A stretch of DNA of 64,000 nt from a bacterium (GTDB lineage: Bacteria > Zhuqueibacterota > Zhuqueibacteria > Residuimicrobiales > Krinioviventaceae). The DNA lies in contig CAXXMD010000002.1 of the NCBI GenBank assembly GCA_963675755.2, positions 448,001-512,000 of the forward strand, given 5' to 3'. Every line of letters starts with the position of its first letter. The first letter of the stretch is position 1. The position numbers and the translations under genes were made by a program. Below are positions 52,979-63,531 of this stretch, piece after piece. A model generated the notes under the pieces. The model worked only from the letters and a program-made list of their open reading frames with translations, did not search any database and was not told the origin of the DNA.

Positions 52979-55783
52979 TTAATTTGCCATCATTTTGTAA
53001 TACAAACCCATAGTTTGTTCTACAAGTGGATCATTATTGATATTCAAATTTTCAATTAGGTTATTATAATTAGCATTTTTTATAACTGAAATATAATAAA
53101 TTGCACAACTTTTTAACCAGCTGTTATTATCATTTAATAAAAATGTTAATGCATCTGCTTCATCTTTAATAACGTGATCATGATCCATTTGCAAAGGTTT
53201 GTTTTCAATTTCACTTTTATCGTCTTCAAGTAACGGAAGGATAATTTTTTTTAATCTTGAATGTAAAAGGTTATCTAAAAATTCCACAGCATTTGCTGTA
53301 CTGTCGTTTTGTTTGCTTGTTACAGCAAGATACGCATTGTAAATATCGCCCGGGGGATAATAGAGCCCCAATAGTCTGAATGTTCTTTCTAAAATATCTT
53401 CCAGACGTTCTGATATTGATCTTGATAATAGTAACTTGGCTTTTATCTGTTGTTCAGTTAAATCTTGAATATTGTTTGAAAAAAATTGATGAACTGATAA
53501 CAAGTTGTAATATTTTTCCGTTTCTGCAAAAATAATATCCTCTATCAATTCCAGTTCAAACTTTAACATGGGATTTCCATCCCTTAATTTATTCAATGCT
53601 TTTAATACCCTGTATCTAAAACCGGAATCTCCGGTATTTAAATGCTTTATTAAAATGTTTGCTGATTCTTGAGAATTGATCAAAGATAAAACTTTGGGTA
53701 TTGCATACATTAACCTGAAATCTGTTTCTTTATTTTGTAGAATAGAATCCATTTCAGGTAATATGGCTTCACCATATTGAGCCAGGGCATTTCTTGCAAG
53801 CGTTCGGTTTGTTTTATGAGTCAGGTATTCTGTTAAAGCTGGAATGAATAATGGATCCCGGGTATTTCCACTTTGAACTATTGCTGATTGGACAACAGAA
53901 ATAGATTCATCCTTTAATAATTCAAGCATATATGGATATAACAATTTTTCAGAACTGATTCCAATGACTTTGGTAATTGTGATATTTATAAAATTCATTT
54001 GATTATTGTTTAATTCACGAACACAACTCTGTTGAATAAATTCATGATAGAGGTCAGATATATTTACTTTTTTACGAAACAATGCATCGTTTTTGAATTG
54101 GATTGAAGCTGCCAACATGGCCGCACTGCAAATTTTATAATCACTATTGGATATTAAAGCACCAACCAGATTTTCACTTTCTTTATCATGCCTGAGTAAA
54201 AATAGTATTGCTTCAACTTTGATGTCAAAGTGGTTGTCGTTCAACATATTACGAACAAGATCAATAAAATTATCCGGTTCGTAATTTTGAATGATTTCAA
54301 GAGTCTTTAAACGTATTTGATGTGATTTATGACCTAGTAAATTTTGTAAAAAGGGTTCAAGTTGTGGATTAATATTATTTTCTAACAGATCGAGTACATA
54401 AATCAACTGCCTGGTATTGTCTGTTTCCAGTATTTGTTTAAAATAGGCAACCATGGTTGCGTCGTCAATTTTGGTGGTTTGCTGACTGGGATCAATTGAT
54501 CTTTTCTCAATCGCAAGTCTAAATGAGTTCAGGTATTCACTTTTAACCTTGATGATGAGATATAGCCAAACCAGTATTAACAGAATAATAACAATACTCA
54601 GATGCGCTACAGATAAATGGAGATTGGTTACGAGTATGATTAATAAAAGTCCGCTTATACCCGTAGCAAGACTATCTATAAAAACATCAATAAATGCTTT
54701 GGTTTGGTTTTTCATTTTACCGGGGATAGGTACCGTTAACAATTCGAGACCGGCTTTATTAATGGATTGTTTAAAGCCGCCATCAGCAACTTTGATGATA
54801 ATAGCAGACCAAAGTGCAGGTTGAAGTAAAATACTTATGGCACCGGCTAAAATACCAACAGGCAGGAAATAGAGTGACGTTGCAACGCCAAATAATTTGA
54901 ATATTCTACCCGTAAGAAACATTTGTATTAATAAAGATGCCACACTCAGGTTTGATAACCAAAATCCAAAAAATGCTGTAAGTTTATCTTTATCTTTAAT
55001 TAAATCGCTTGCAATCGCATTAAACTGGAAATCAACCAGGTTGGCTACCATAACGCCTACCCCCACAATTAATGCCAGATATGACAAGTGGCGTGATTTT
55101 GAAATGATTTTGATTGCGTTACCCGGTTTTTCGCCTTTACGTCTTTTTTCTTCTTTTAATAATTTTTGGGTATAATTATCACGGGTATCTTTTTGCCAGA
55201 TTAAAGACAAAAGTACAATACATATTATTAAAAAGAGAGCACAGAGTAATAACATATTCGAAGTTCCAAGAACAGGAGCCAACAGACGAGTCATATAACC
55301 ACCGGCTATTCCACCGGAAATTGCTCCCGAGCCTATAAAGCCAAACAGGCGTTTAGCCTGTCTGGCATCAAATACATAATTAGCTAATAACCAGAATTGA
55401 GATGTTGTTATGACACCAAACAATGCAACCCAGATATAAATAACAAAAAAGAACCAGCCTGCATTGTAATTGATCTTTAATAAGCCCCAGAATACAAACA
55501 AAGAGAATATAGATATTAATAGAGTGCTCTTAATTAATTTGTTAAATTGTACCTTTTTAGACATGCGTGTATATAATTCAATAATTCCTGCCGCAAAGAC
55601 CGCAACCAGCATAAATGCCCAAGGCAGCATATGCACACCATAATGCGTGAGAAATAATGAATTACGTACCGGTTTGGCAATTAGTAATGAAGCAATAATC
55701 AGAAAAATATAAGAGAACATTAACAGTGTTTTATTAACTTCATTCTGTTTTATGTTAAATAATGTATTGAAAATTCTGTACAT
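52979..55783 (-). CDS. NTT (Npt1/Npt2, TLC-family) nucleotide transporter fused to HEAT repeats
   Basis: KPVRNSLFL, SQFW..AN.VFD.RQAKRLF, LVDFQF, KAFID; long helical HEAT-like C-terminus. Confidence 0.85.
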   Translation of the reverse strand: MYRIFNTLFNIKQNEVNKTLLMFSYIFLIIASLLIAKPVRNSLFLTHYGVHMLPWAFMLVAVFAAGIIELYTRMSKKVQFNKLIKSTLLISIFSLFVFWGLLKINYNAGWFFFVIYIWVALFGVITTSQFWLLANYVFDARQAKRLFGFIGSGAISGGIAGGYMTRLLAPVLGTSNMLLLCALFLIICIVLLSLIWQKDTRDNYTQKLLKEEKRRKGEKPGNAIKIISKSRHLSYLALIVGVGVMVANLVDFQFNAIASDLIKDKDKLTAFFGFWLSNLSVASLLIQMFLTGRIFKLFGVATSLYFLPVGILAGAISILLQPALWSAIIIKVADGGFKQSINKAGLELLTVPIPGKMKNQTKAFIDVFIDSLATGISGLLLIILVTNLHLSVAHLSIVIILLILVWLYLIIKVKSEYLNSFRLAIEKRSIDPSQQTTKIDDATMVAYFKQILETDNTRQLIYVLDLLENNINPQLEPFLQNLLGHKSHQIRLKTLEIIQNYEPDNFIDLVRNMLNDNHFDIKVEAILFLLRHDKESENLVGALISNSDYKICSAAMLAASIQFKNDALFRKKVNISDLYHEFIQQSCVRELNNNQMNFINITITKVIGISSEKLLYPYMLELLKDESISVVQSAIVQSGNTRDPLFIPALTEYLTHKTNRTLARNALAQYGEAILPEMDSILQNKETDFRLMYAIPKVLSLINSQESANILIKHLNTGDSGFRYRVLKALNKLRDGNPMLKFELELIEDIIFAETEKYYNLLSVHQFFSNNIQDLTEQQIKAKLLLSRSISERLEDILERTFRLLGLYYPPGDIYNAYLAVTSKQNDSTANAVEFLDNLLHSRLKKIILPLLEDDKSEIENKPLQMDHDHVIKDEADALTFLLNDNNSWLKSCAIYYISVIKNANYNNLIENLNINNDPLVEQTMGLYYKMMAN

Positions 55784-55803
55784 TCAGTAATTTGCACCTG
55801 TAA

Positions 55804-57132
55804 TTATTGATTAAAGCTGGCAACTCTTTTTTTATTTTCAATACCAATTGCTATGGCAATAATAATCCAGATTGTGACCAGTGCAATGTTAAACAAGGCA
55901 AACTGTTTGGTATGAAATGCTAAAAAGTTAGTGCCCAGATAAACAACCAATGCCGATAAAACATCACCGGCTCTTACAAAGAATGTATCAATTGCTTGTT
56001 TTGCATTATACTTTTCTTCGCGGGTGGTTGGTAGAAACAATACCTGTCTTACCGTATTCTGCAAAGAGTAGTCGGTTGAATTTTCAAATATTTTGGCCCA
56101 TTTTACAAACATTAATACAGGATAAAAAGCCATAATAAAATACCCACCTAATGCAATAAAAGGGAGGACCAGTAAAGCAACTCGAATGCCTATATATTTT
56201 AATATTCTTGAAACCAGAAATAATTGTATGATTAAACCCGCAATGTTGACAATGGTGAAAAAGTCAGCATAAAATTTACCAATATATTCTTTCACCATAT
56301 CCCCCGAACCAGGATCTGTAACAAGTTTTGAAGCAGCTTCGGTAACCGTTCTTCCCAGAATATATTCACCAGTTGTATTTACCCAATTGAGAAATAATAA
56401 TAAAAAAGCAATTAATAATAGGTATCTGTTTTTAAGAACCAAGCCAAATCCATTGCCTTTTTTTAAAGGTTCAACAATATCATGTTTTGTTTCTGAATTT
56501 AATACAACGGCATCTTTTTGACGTTTATCAACCAGGTTGGTTAACAATAAAGAAATTAATAGCAATGCTCCTGAAAGCAGCAATAACTGATAAACACCCA
56601 AAACACCAATCAATCTACCTGTAATATAGCTTCCAAAAACCGCACCTGATGAAGCTCCAAAAGCAACAATAACAAAGATTCGTTTTCCATCTTCGGGGGT
56701 ATAGAGATCATTAGCAAAAGACCAGAATTGAGCAATTACCATTAGGTTGAAAATTCCAACCCATAAATAAAAGACAACACCCAAAGGTACATTGAACTGG
56801 GCCAGTATATAGAAAACAACCAGACAGCCTGTAAAAAACAGCGTCACAATATTAATCAGGGGTTTACGTGGAAAACGACTTGCAAGCCAACCATATAATG
56901 GAACAACTCCCAGGAGTAATATAGCTTGCCCTGCAGCAGCATAGCTTTTTACTTCAGCACCACCACCGGCAAGAATCAGTGCTTCTCTAACCGGTTTAAT
57001 GATATAATAAGAAGTTAACAGTAGAAACAAGTTGACAAATAACAACAGCGCTGATACACCTTCGCCGGATTTGACTTCCGTAAAGATGTTTAAAAATCTT
57101 TCCAGGTAACTTTTGGATCTGTTTTCCAACAT
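55804..57132 (-). CDS. NTT (Npt1/Npt2) family nucleotide transporter
   Basis: YYIIKPVRE, QFWSFANDLY...GKR.F, YSLQNT.RQ.LFLP...EKY.AK..IDTFFVR.GD. Confidence 0.88.
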   Translation of the reverse strand: MLENRSKSYLERFLNIFTEVKSGEGVSALLLFVNLFLLLTSYYIIKPVREALILAGGGAEVKSYAAAGQAILLLGVVPLYGWLASRFPRKPLINIVTLFFTGCLVVFYILAQFNVPLGVVFYLWVGIFNLMVIAQFWSFANDLYTPEDGKRIFVIVAFGASSGAVFGSYITGRLIGVLGVYQLLLLSGALLLISLLLTNLVDKRQKDAVVLNSETKHDIVEPLKKGNGFGLVLKNRYLLLIAFLLLFLNWVNTTGEYILGRTVTEAASKLVTDPGSGDMVKEYIGKFYADFFTIVNIAGLIIQLFLVSRILKYIGIRVALLVLPFIALGGYFIMAFYPVLMFVKWAKIFENSTDYSLQNTVRQVLFLPTTREEKYNAKQAIDTFFVRAGDVLSALVVYLGTNFLAFHTKQFALFNIALVTIWIIIAIAIGIENKKRVASFNQ

Positions 57133-57198
57133 GACAACTCCGGTAATTATGATTTTAGTAATATATTTATTTTATGTGCATTATAAAAGTCGTTTTTT

Positions 57199-58797
57199 CT
57201 AATGGGTTACTCCAACCAGTTTAATTTCTCCATTTTCCCTTTTAATGATGTGGAATTCAGCAGACGGTAAATAGTCTTTGTAATGTAATTTAGAAATATT
57301 TGCAATAAGGTAATTGTCTGTTTGGGCAAACATTTCAGACGAAAGAGGAATCAAAATCTCATCATTATTCACCTGATATAGAGTATTATTTGATAGAATT
57401 GAATTTGCATCGTCTTTTATATTTAATTGATAATATTGAGAATCCTGATTGTCTACAATTTCAAATGCAATATCCTTTAACACAAGAGTATCGTTTTTTA
57501 TTTTAACAAATTCAAGGGGAGTAACCTGATTTAAATAATATTTGAGAACTTTGGTTTTTCGACTTTCAAGAGTTGCCAACATGTACTGTGCTGCCGCTTT
57601 ATCCGGATAGTGTGCTGAATCCACCAGAGCTTTTAAATGATCAATAGTAACATTTGATAGGATTTTAGCCGCCCAATAATTGTCATTCGTTTGACTATAT
57701 TGTATAGGATCAAAAGGATGCGATTCTTTCCATTTTTCCGGTTTGAATAGTGTTGCTTCAAAAGTACCCACAGAAGGCCACGGTGTATAACTTGCTTTTT
57801 CCCAATCCTGTACCAGTAATCCCATGGTAAAGAAATTTAAAAATATATCATTTAAACTGAAATTGTGATTAAAACCAGCCCATAATTTATTACTTCTGGT
57901 CGCAAAAGTTCCAAAGGCATCATCAAAATCTATCATGTAATGCTTTACATAGCCTTTATTCTGTTCACCAACATAAATATCAAAAAGATTGTCGCTGCCA
58001 ATTTCTGACATGTTGGTAAAAGAAGCAAAAACCCGTAATGCTCTAAGTATTCGTCTTTCTTCATGTGGAAACAGATCATTGGCATCTTCATGCCTCACGC
58101 CTTTGGACGGTGAAGGCCCCATAGGCAACCCTTCAATAATACGGCTTGCAATGGATCTAAAAAATCCATTTTCAGGTACAGCTGTTCGGGATAATATTTT
58201 ATCAAGGCTTGATTCATCAAGATCACTTGTTGAATCAATCTGTAAATCTTTACGCTCAAAATAAAACAACTGATCTTCAGGAACATTATAACCAAAACCC
58301 CAGAATAAACGATTTACAATAAATGATGTAGAAGTTGCAATCGCAGGATGGCCTTTCGGGTCCATTTTCAACATATAATGATTGCCATTGCTGTCTTTGA
58401 TAAATAAGCGTGGGGTGGTATCTGCTTTACGTACTCTGATAACAGTCAATGGTGGTGCAGGAGGACCAAATTCTGTTGGTCCTTTAGCGAGTTCCTCTGG
58501 TGTAATCTCTTGATATCCCAATCTGGGTATATACCAACTTGACGCCGGAACCTGATCCATGCTGTTTACGTCTCTTGCCTGGTTATTGGGAGCTATAAAA
58601 AAACTTTCTACTACCGGTTTCGGGGCCAATACATTTGCATAATATTCAAAGCGGTTTTTGAATACTGTTTTAGGTAAAGGAATAGGGGATATATCATTAT
58701 AATACATAACCGGTTCCTTATCTGCAAACCGATACGTTTGAGGTGCGCATGCACTAAATACTAATACTAGAAATAATATGTATCTGATCTTGTTCAT
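57199..58797 (-). CDS. Lipoprotein with putative atypical (HipA/PI3K/CotH-like) kinase fold
   Basis: Lipobox FSAC; YMLKMD, LFWGFGYNVPE, N.SE..SDNL, YMIDFDDAFG. Confidence 0.55.
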   Translation of the reverse strand: MNKIRYILFLVLVFSACAPQTYRFADKEPVMYYNDISPIPLPKTVFKNRFEYYANVLAPKPVVESFFIAPNNQARDVNSMDQVPASSWYIPRLGYQEITPEELAKGPTEFGPPAPPLTVIRVRKADTTPRLFIKDSNGNHYMLKMDPKGHPAIATSTSFIVNRLFWGFGYNVPEDQLFYFERKDLQIDSTSDLDESSLDKILSRTAVPENGFFRSIASRIIEGLPMGPSPSKGVRHEDANDLFPHEERRILRALRVFASFTNMSEIGSDNLFDIYVGEQNKGYVKHYMIDFDDAFGTFATRSNKLWAGFNHNFSLNDIFLNFFTMGLLVQDWEKASYTPWPSVGTFEATLFKPEKWKESHPFDPIQYSQTNDNYWAAKILSNVTIDHLKALVDSAHYPDKAAAQYMLATLESRKTKVLKYYLNQVTPLEFVKIKNDTLVLKDIAFEIVDNQDSQYYQLNIKDDANSILSNNTLYQVNNDEILIPLSSEMFAQTDNYLIANISKLHYKDYLPSAEFHIIKRENGEIKLVGVTH

Positions 58798-58798
58798 A

Positions 58799-60154
58799 TC
58801 AATAAAATGAAACTCCAATATCTGCGTGTAATCGTAAACCTTCTGATCCATAAATTATTTTTATATTTGCCATTTCATCATCTCTGCTATGTAAATCAAA
58901 TATAAAACCTGCTGCCCAAACCGAGTGATTAAAGGATATTTTTTTATAATCAGAACTTGCGGTGAGATAATCTGCGAAAATATGAGCTCCCACATTTTGT
59001 GATAATGGCCAGCTATACTGAATGGATGGAATTAGCAAATGATTGTCTAACCTGAGATATGTTCTTTCATTTACACCTCTGAATTCCGGATGATGTGGAT
59101 ATTCAGTAAAAGGAATAATATTATCTTTATCTAAATTTCGAATCGCATGTACTGTTAATTTGGGAGTTATGATTCTGTTGTTATTTAAAACAGCAAAGCG
59201 TTTATATATAGTAATTCCCGATTTTAAAGATAAATTGGGATTATTATCAAGCCCTCGGTTAATACCTGCATAGGCTTCAAAAACACTTCCTGTAGAAAAG
59301 TATCGGGTATTAGGTTGTGAATCAAATCTTATGGAAAGTTCATTATACCATTGATTGAAGGTTGAATTCATGCCAGGTATAGAGCTAATTTCAAAAATTT
59401 GTGAAACCCAATTGTCACCTTCAAATGCATCTTTGACTGTTCTCTGGTCAAATGATGTCATTAAATAAAAATTGAAATTAGGCTTGGGTCTATAACCGGA
59501 AATCAGACGAACCGCTGTATGCTCTTGAAAAAAATATCCATATTTTGATTTTGGATTATCTACAAACTGGTTTCTGGAATCATTTCTGGGATCCGCACCA
59601 AATCCATAATACTTTCTGTCATCATCATATTCATGCAATATTTCAAAGTTGACACGAATTAATTGATCAATATGTTTAACAAAGTATGATGCCCGTGTTT
59701 CTACTTTGTATTTTTCTTCGTCAGCATATTTGGCTTTGAGCGTTAATTGAACAGGCGACTTTTTCATAATCAAGTTGATGCCAATGCGGGGACGCAAACC
59801 CGATGTAAGACTGGCAGTAGGGTACCAACCCAGGGTTTTATCCTGAGTAAAGAAAATATATTCCAGGTCGTTTATAAATTTAGGATTATTGACAAGTTCT
59901 AAACCATAACCCGATGCGTATTTAATGCCTGCGGAGAATTGTTCGGGTACAAATAATACTGTTTTTTTTAAAGTATAGAGAGCTCTGAATCCGGATTTTT
60001 CATCTCGTTCAATACCCCGAATATACATATATGCTTGTTGAGAAGTCGATAAAGTCTTTTGCTTAACCTGCAATGAATCCGTATGGTTGGTGCCGGCAGT
60101 TAAAGCTGAATATAAAACAAATTGTAATATTGATATATATACTAGATTTTTCAT
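58799..60154 (-). CDS. Omp85/BamA-TamA-like outer-membrane beta-barrel without obvious POTRA domains
   Basis: Signal peptide, alternating beta-strand pattern, YYGFG, EFRGV (RG motif), C-terminal DIGVSFY. Confidence 0.6.
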   Translation of the reverse strand: MKNLVYISILQFVLYSALTAGTNHTDSLQVKQKTLSTSQQAYMYIRGIERDEKSGFRALYTLKKTVLFVPEQFSAGIKYASGYGLELVNNPKFINDLEYIFFTQDKTLGWYPTASLTSGLRPRIGINLIMKKSPVQLTLKAKYADEEKYKVETRASYFVKHIDQLIRVNFEILHEYDDDRKYYGFGADPRNDSRNQFVDNPKSKYGYFFQEHTAVRLISGYRPKPNFNFYLMTSFDQRTVKDAFEGDNWVSQIFEISSIPGMNSTFNQWYNELSIRFDSQPNTRYFSTGSVFEAYAGINRGLDNNPNLSLKSGITIYKRFAVLNNNRIITPKLTVHAIRNLDKDNIIPFTEYPHHPEFRGVNERTYLRLDNHLLIPSIQYSWPLSQNVGAHIFADYLTASSDYKKISFNHSVWAAGFIFDLHSRDDEMANIKIIYGSEGLRLHADIGVSFY

Positions 60155-60200
60155 TCGTAATATTTTTCCGCATATGTGTCTTTAATATTATCGAGCGTTT

Positions 60201-62288
60201 TCATTGATTGAGCAATTGATCAAGATTGGTTGGAATTGTTACTGTAAAGCTTGTTCCCACATCTTGTTTACTTTTTACAGTTATTGTGCCTTTATGATCT
60301 TCTATAATCTGGTAGCAAATTGATAAGCCGAGTCCTGTTCCTACACCAACACCTTTTGTAGTAAACCCTGGATTAAATATTTGATCGATTTGCTCAGGAG
60401 GTATACCTTTACCATTATCTGTAATCTCAACAATAATTTTATTATTTTTATGTTCTGTTTTTATTTTTATTTCACCTTTGCCGGATATTGCTTGTCTGGC
60501 ATTTATTAACAGATTCAGAAAAACCTGATTTAATCTGCCGGGATAGCAGGATATAATAGGCAATTCCCCAAATTCTTTGATTATTGTAATATCATGTTTA
60601 ATTTCATGGTGTATGATAACAAGGGTATCTTCAATTCCATCAAGTATATTGGCTTCTTTTAATTCAGCTTCATCCAAACGTGCAAAGCTACGTAACCGCT
60701 TTACAATGTTGGTTACACGTGTAGTACCGGATTCTATAACCCGATTTGCGTCATTAATAATGCTAAGGGATTTAAAAACTTGAGAATTGTTTTCCAATAT
60801 TTCCGGGTATTTTTCAGATAATTCATTTTGTAATTTTGAAACTGCACGCACCAATGTATTATGCATACTATTAATTGCACCTACAGGAGTATTTATCTCA
60901 TGTGCTATGCCTGCTACCAGCATACCTAATGCGCCCATTTTCTCTGATTGAACCAATTGGGCCTGGGTTTTTCGTAATTCCTGGTTTGCCTGTTCAAGAT
61001 TGCTTAATACGGATTTTATTTCAGTTACATCGTGAGCAATACCAATACGCTCTAATAACTCGCCATCAAAATTATAGATACCTGTAGTATGAGAGATGAA
61101 CCAATGCCAGTTGCCGTCTTTATGGCGTAATCTGTAATTATGTTCTACATGTTTATCAAGATTTCTATTGTCTTTAAATGTAATATTGTCATCAGGATGT
61201 ATAAGAGATTCCAGTGTTTTACCAATAAAATCTCTAACCTTGTGACCGGTAATTTCCTGGAACTGAGGGGAAATATAGGAAAAGGTGTTATCCGGCTTCA
61301 TGGAAAATATTATATCTGTTGCATTTTCAACCAAGCTCCTGAAGCGTGTTTCTGAAACTTTGAGAGCTTCTTCCGCATTTCTCCTTGCATTGATGTTATA
61401 GAGTGAGGCAATGTATACCTTTTCACCACCAATTTCGTTTTTAACGATGGATAAAATCATCCAGACAAATGAGCCATTTTTATGTTTTATCCGGAGTTCA
61501 TGGTTATAAAGGTATCCCTTTTCCTTCATTATATTTTCAATAAATATTCTATCACTGGATTCCTGATAAAATTCTAAAGTATTTCTTTCTAATAATTCCT
61601 CTTCCGAAAATCCGGTTACATCGGATAATGGTTTGTTAATGTATAATATTTTTCCGTCATTAACTCTGCTTATAATATAGGGGATAGGGGATACTTCAAC
61701 AATAGCTCTTAATTTATCATCAGCAGTTTTTATATCTGTAATATCAACAAATAACCAGGCCCTTCCCAATGTTTGTGTGTTTTCTTTGTTCATTACGGTA
61801 ATGGATGAAAATGACAGAAAACGTTGTACAGGCCTTATTGTCATTAAAGAGCGGCTGAAAAATTCTTTGTAATTGGAATCTTTTTTATAGGCTTTGTCTG
61901 GGGTTATTTCGAGTTGTTTTATGATTTGTCGGAATCGTTCTGGTTCTTTAAAGCATTGTTTTATTTTCGGTAACAAATCATGAAAGGGCTTTTGTGTAAT
62001 GTCACTATTTTTGAGGTCAAAATATTCAGATACCTGACGGTTAAACGATGTTACAATGCCAAGTGGATTTACCATCAACATTGCACTATTTGAACTGTCC
62101 AGGACGGCTTGCAATTCATCTCTGCTTATTGACAGTTCATTAAGCAACGATTTCAATTGCTTGTTTTTTTCTTCAAGTTGTTCCTGAACCGACAATAACG
62201 CTACATTAGCATTAGCAAGTTTTATTGCCGCTTTTTCAAGATCACGTTGGTTGTTTTTAGAGTTGGCATCGCTCTTCAATATTGTCAT
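60201..62288 (-). CDS. Cytoplasmic PAS x3 sensor histidine kinase (NtrB-like)
   Basis: QLVQSEKM..LG.LVAGIAHEINTP, NQVFLNLL.NA, DNGKG, GTGLGL. Confidence 0.92.
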   Translation of the reverse strand: MTILKSDANSKNNQRDLEKAAIKLANANVALLSVQEQLEEKNKQLKSLLNELSISRDELQAVLDSSNSAMLMVNPLGIVTSFNRQVSEYFDLKNSDITQKPFHDLLPKIKQCFKEPERFRQIIKQLEITPDKAYKKDSNYKEFFSRSLMTIRPVQRFLSFSSITVMNKENTQTLGRAWLFVDITDIKTADDKLRAIVEVSPIPYIISRVNDGKILYINKPLSDVTGFSEEELLERNTLEFYQESSDRIFIENIMKEKGYLYNHELRIKHKNGSFVWMILSIVKNEIGGEKVYIASLYNINARRNAEEALKVSETRFRSLVENATDIIFSMKPDNTFSYISPQFQEITGHKVRDFIGKTLESLIHPDDNITFKDNRNLDKHVEHNYRLRHKDGNWHWFISHTTGIYNFDGELLERIGIAHDVTEIKSVLSNLEQANQELRKTQAQLVQSEKMGALGMLVAGIAHEINTPVGAINSMHNTLVRAVSKLQNELSEKYPEILENNSQVFKSLSIINDANRVIESGTTRVTNIVKRLRSFARLDEAELKEANILDGIEDTLVIIHHEIKHDITIIKEFGELPIISCYPGRLNQVFLNLLINARQAISGKGEIKIKTEHKNNKIIVEITDNGKGIPPEQIDQIFNPGFTTKGVGVGTGLGLSICYQIIEDHKGTITVKSKQDVGTSFTVTIPTNLDQLLNQ

Positions 62289-62364
62289 CCGTTTTAATGG
62301 TATGTGTTTTATTGAAATTACTCAATACTATAGAACGTAAACTTGACGATCAGGTTTCCTTTTT

Positions 62365-63339
62365 TTAGAACGAATCCAAGTTATATGTAATTCCAAATAT
62401 CGGTTTGTTCTCAATAATAGAAATGCCAGGTACTATACGGGCTTTTCTGCTTTCATGCATATAGATAATTGCTTTAGATACTGCAATGCCATAAACCGCA
62501 CCCATAAATACATCTGATGGCCAATGAGATTTATAATCGATACGTTGAAATCCTACTGTGGTTGCTATTCCATATGCTAATGTAGAAAAAGCCCAATGGT
62601 CAACATGATGAGATAATACTGTAGCCAGTTGAAAGATATTTGATGTATGTCCTGATGGAAACGAGCGGTCTCCATCGAATTCAAAGAAATAGGGCCCCTG
62701 TTCATCATTGGGTCTTGATCTGCCAATAACTTTGTGTAGAATCTGTACACGGGTATTACCCTCAAAAATCATAGATTCTAACAATTGAACCGAAGCCTCT
62801 TGTAAATGTTCATTTTTCAATAAATAACCAACAAAGAAACCGCCAATATAGTATGGGTGGGTATTACGTGTAAGACCAGAGGGTTCGAAAAAATTACCCA
62901 CTTGTAAAACCTTTTTATACACTCTATCGTTATTATGCCTGTTTAGAAAATCATATATTTCCTGGTCTTTGTAATATAAAAGACCAAAAGTAGCAAGTAT
63001 GGAACCTAATTTAATCGCGGATTTTTTATCAATTCGGGTAGGGGAGGTAAGAATATATTTATAATCATCATAGATGAATTTAGTATTTTGTAGAATTAAA
63101 TCCAGACTCTGGTTATAGTTTTGTACAACTGGATTTGATTTTTGTTCTGATGTTTGGAAAGTGATATGTTGATTTTGTTGGGTTTGCAGGGTGTCAGGTT
63201 TGGTATTGCTGGTTATTAATAGGTTCGATTTATTTTCTATATCACTTGTAGTAGAAACAAGTTGAGCAAAATCGGTTTTATTCTCAAAACTCAATGCTAT
63301 TGAAAAACCGAACAGGATATATATTAGTAAAATTTTCAT
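62365..63339 (-). CDS. PAP2-family phosphatase, exported/membrane
   Basis: K..GRSRP, SFPSGH, QRI....HWPSDV; start at MKILLIY. Confidence 0.88.
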   Translation of the reverse strand: MKILLIYILFGFSIALSFENKTDFAQLVSTTSDIENKSNLLITSNTKPDTLQTQQNQHITFQTSEQKSNPVVQNYNQSLDLILQNTKFIYDDYKYILTSPTRIDKKSAIKLGSILATFGLLYYKDQEIYDFLNRHNNDRVYKKVLQVGNFFEPSGLTRNTHPYYIGGFFVGYLLKNEHLQEASVQLLESMIFEGNTRVQILHKVIGRSRPNDEQGPYFFEFDGDRSFPSGHTSNIFQLATVLSHHVDHWAFSTLAYGIATTVGFQRIDYKSHWPSDVFMGAVYGIAVSKAIIYMHESRKARIVPGISIIENKPIFGITYNLDSF

Positions 63340-63458
63340 AAGAATCGTTTTTTTACATGACGCATGATTAATTTGTGTTATGTAATATAAGAATTTTAAT
63401 TTAAAAACAAGTATTGAATTTGCAAACATTAATTGAAAAATGTGTACCATGCCTCTAT

Positions 63459-63474
63459 TTGGCATAAAATTTGA
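63459..63474 (+). promoter_or_regulatory. Possible sigma54 -24/-12 promoter
   Basis: TTGGCATAAAATTTGA = GG-N10-GA, one mismatch from GG-N10-GC, ~60 nt upstream of the 63532 ATG. Confidence 0.35.
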
Positions 63475-63531
63475 AAAACAGAAAATGATTAATATATTTG
63501 CTTTCCATACTTACTATTTTGGAGGATATCT

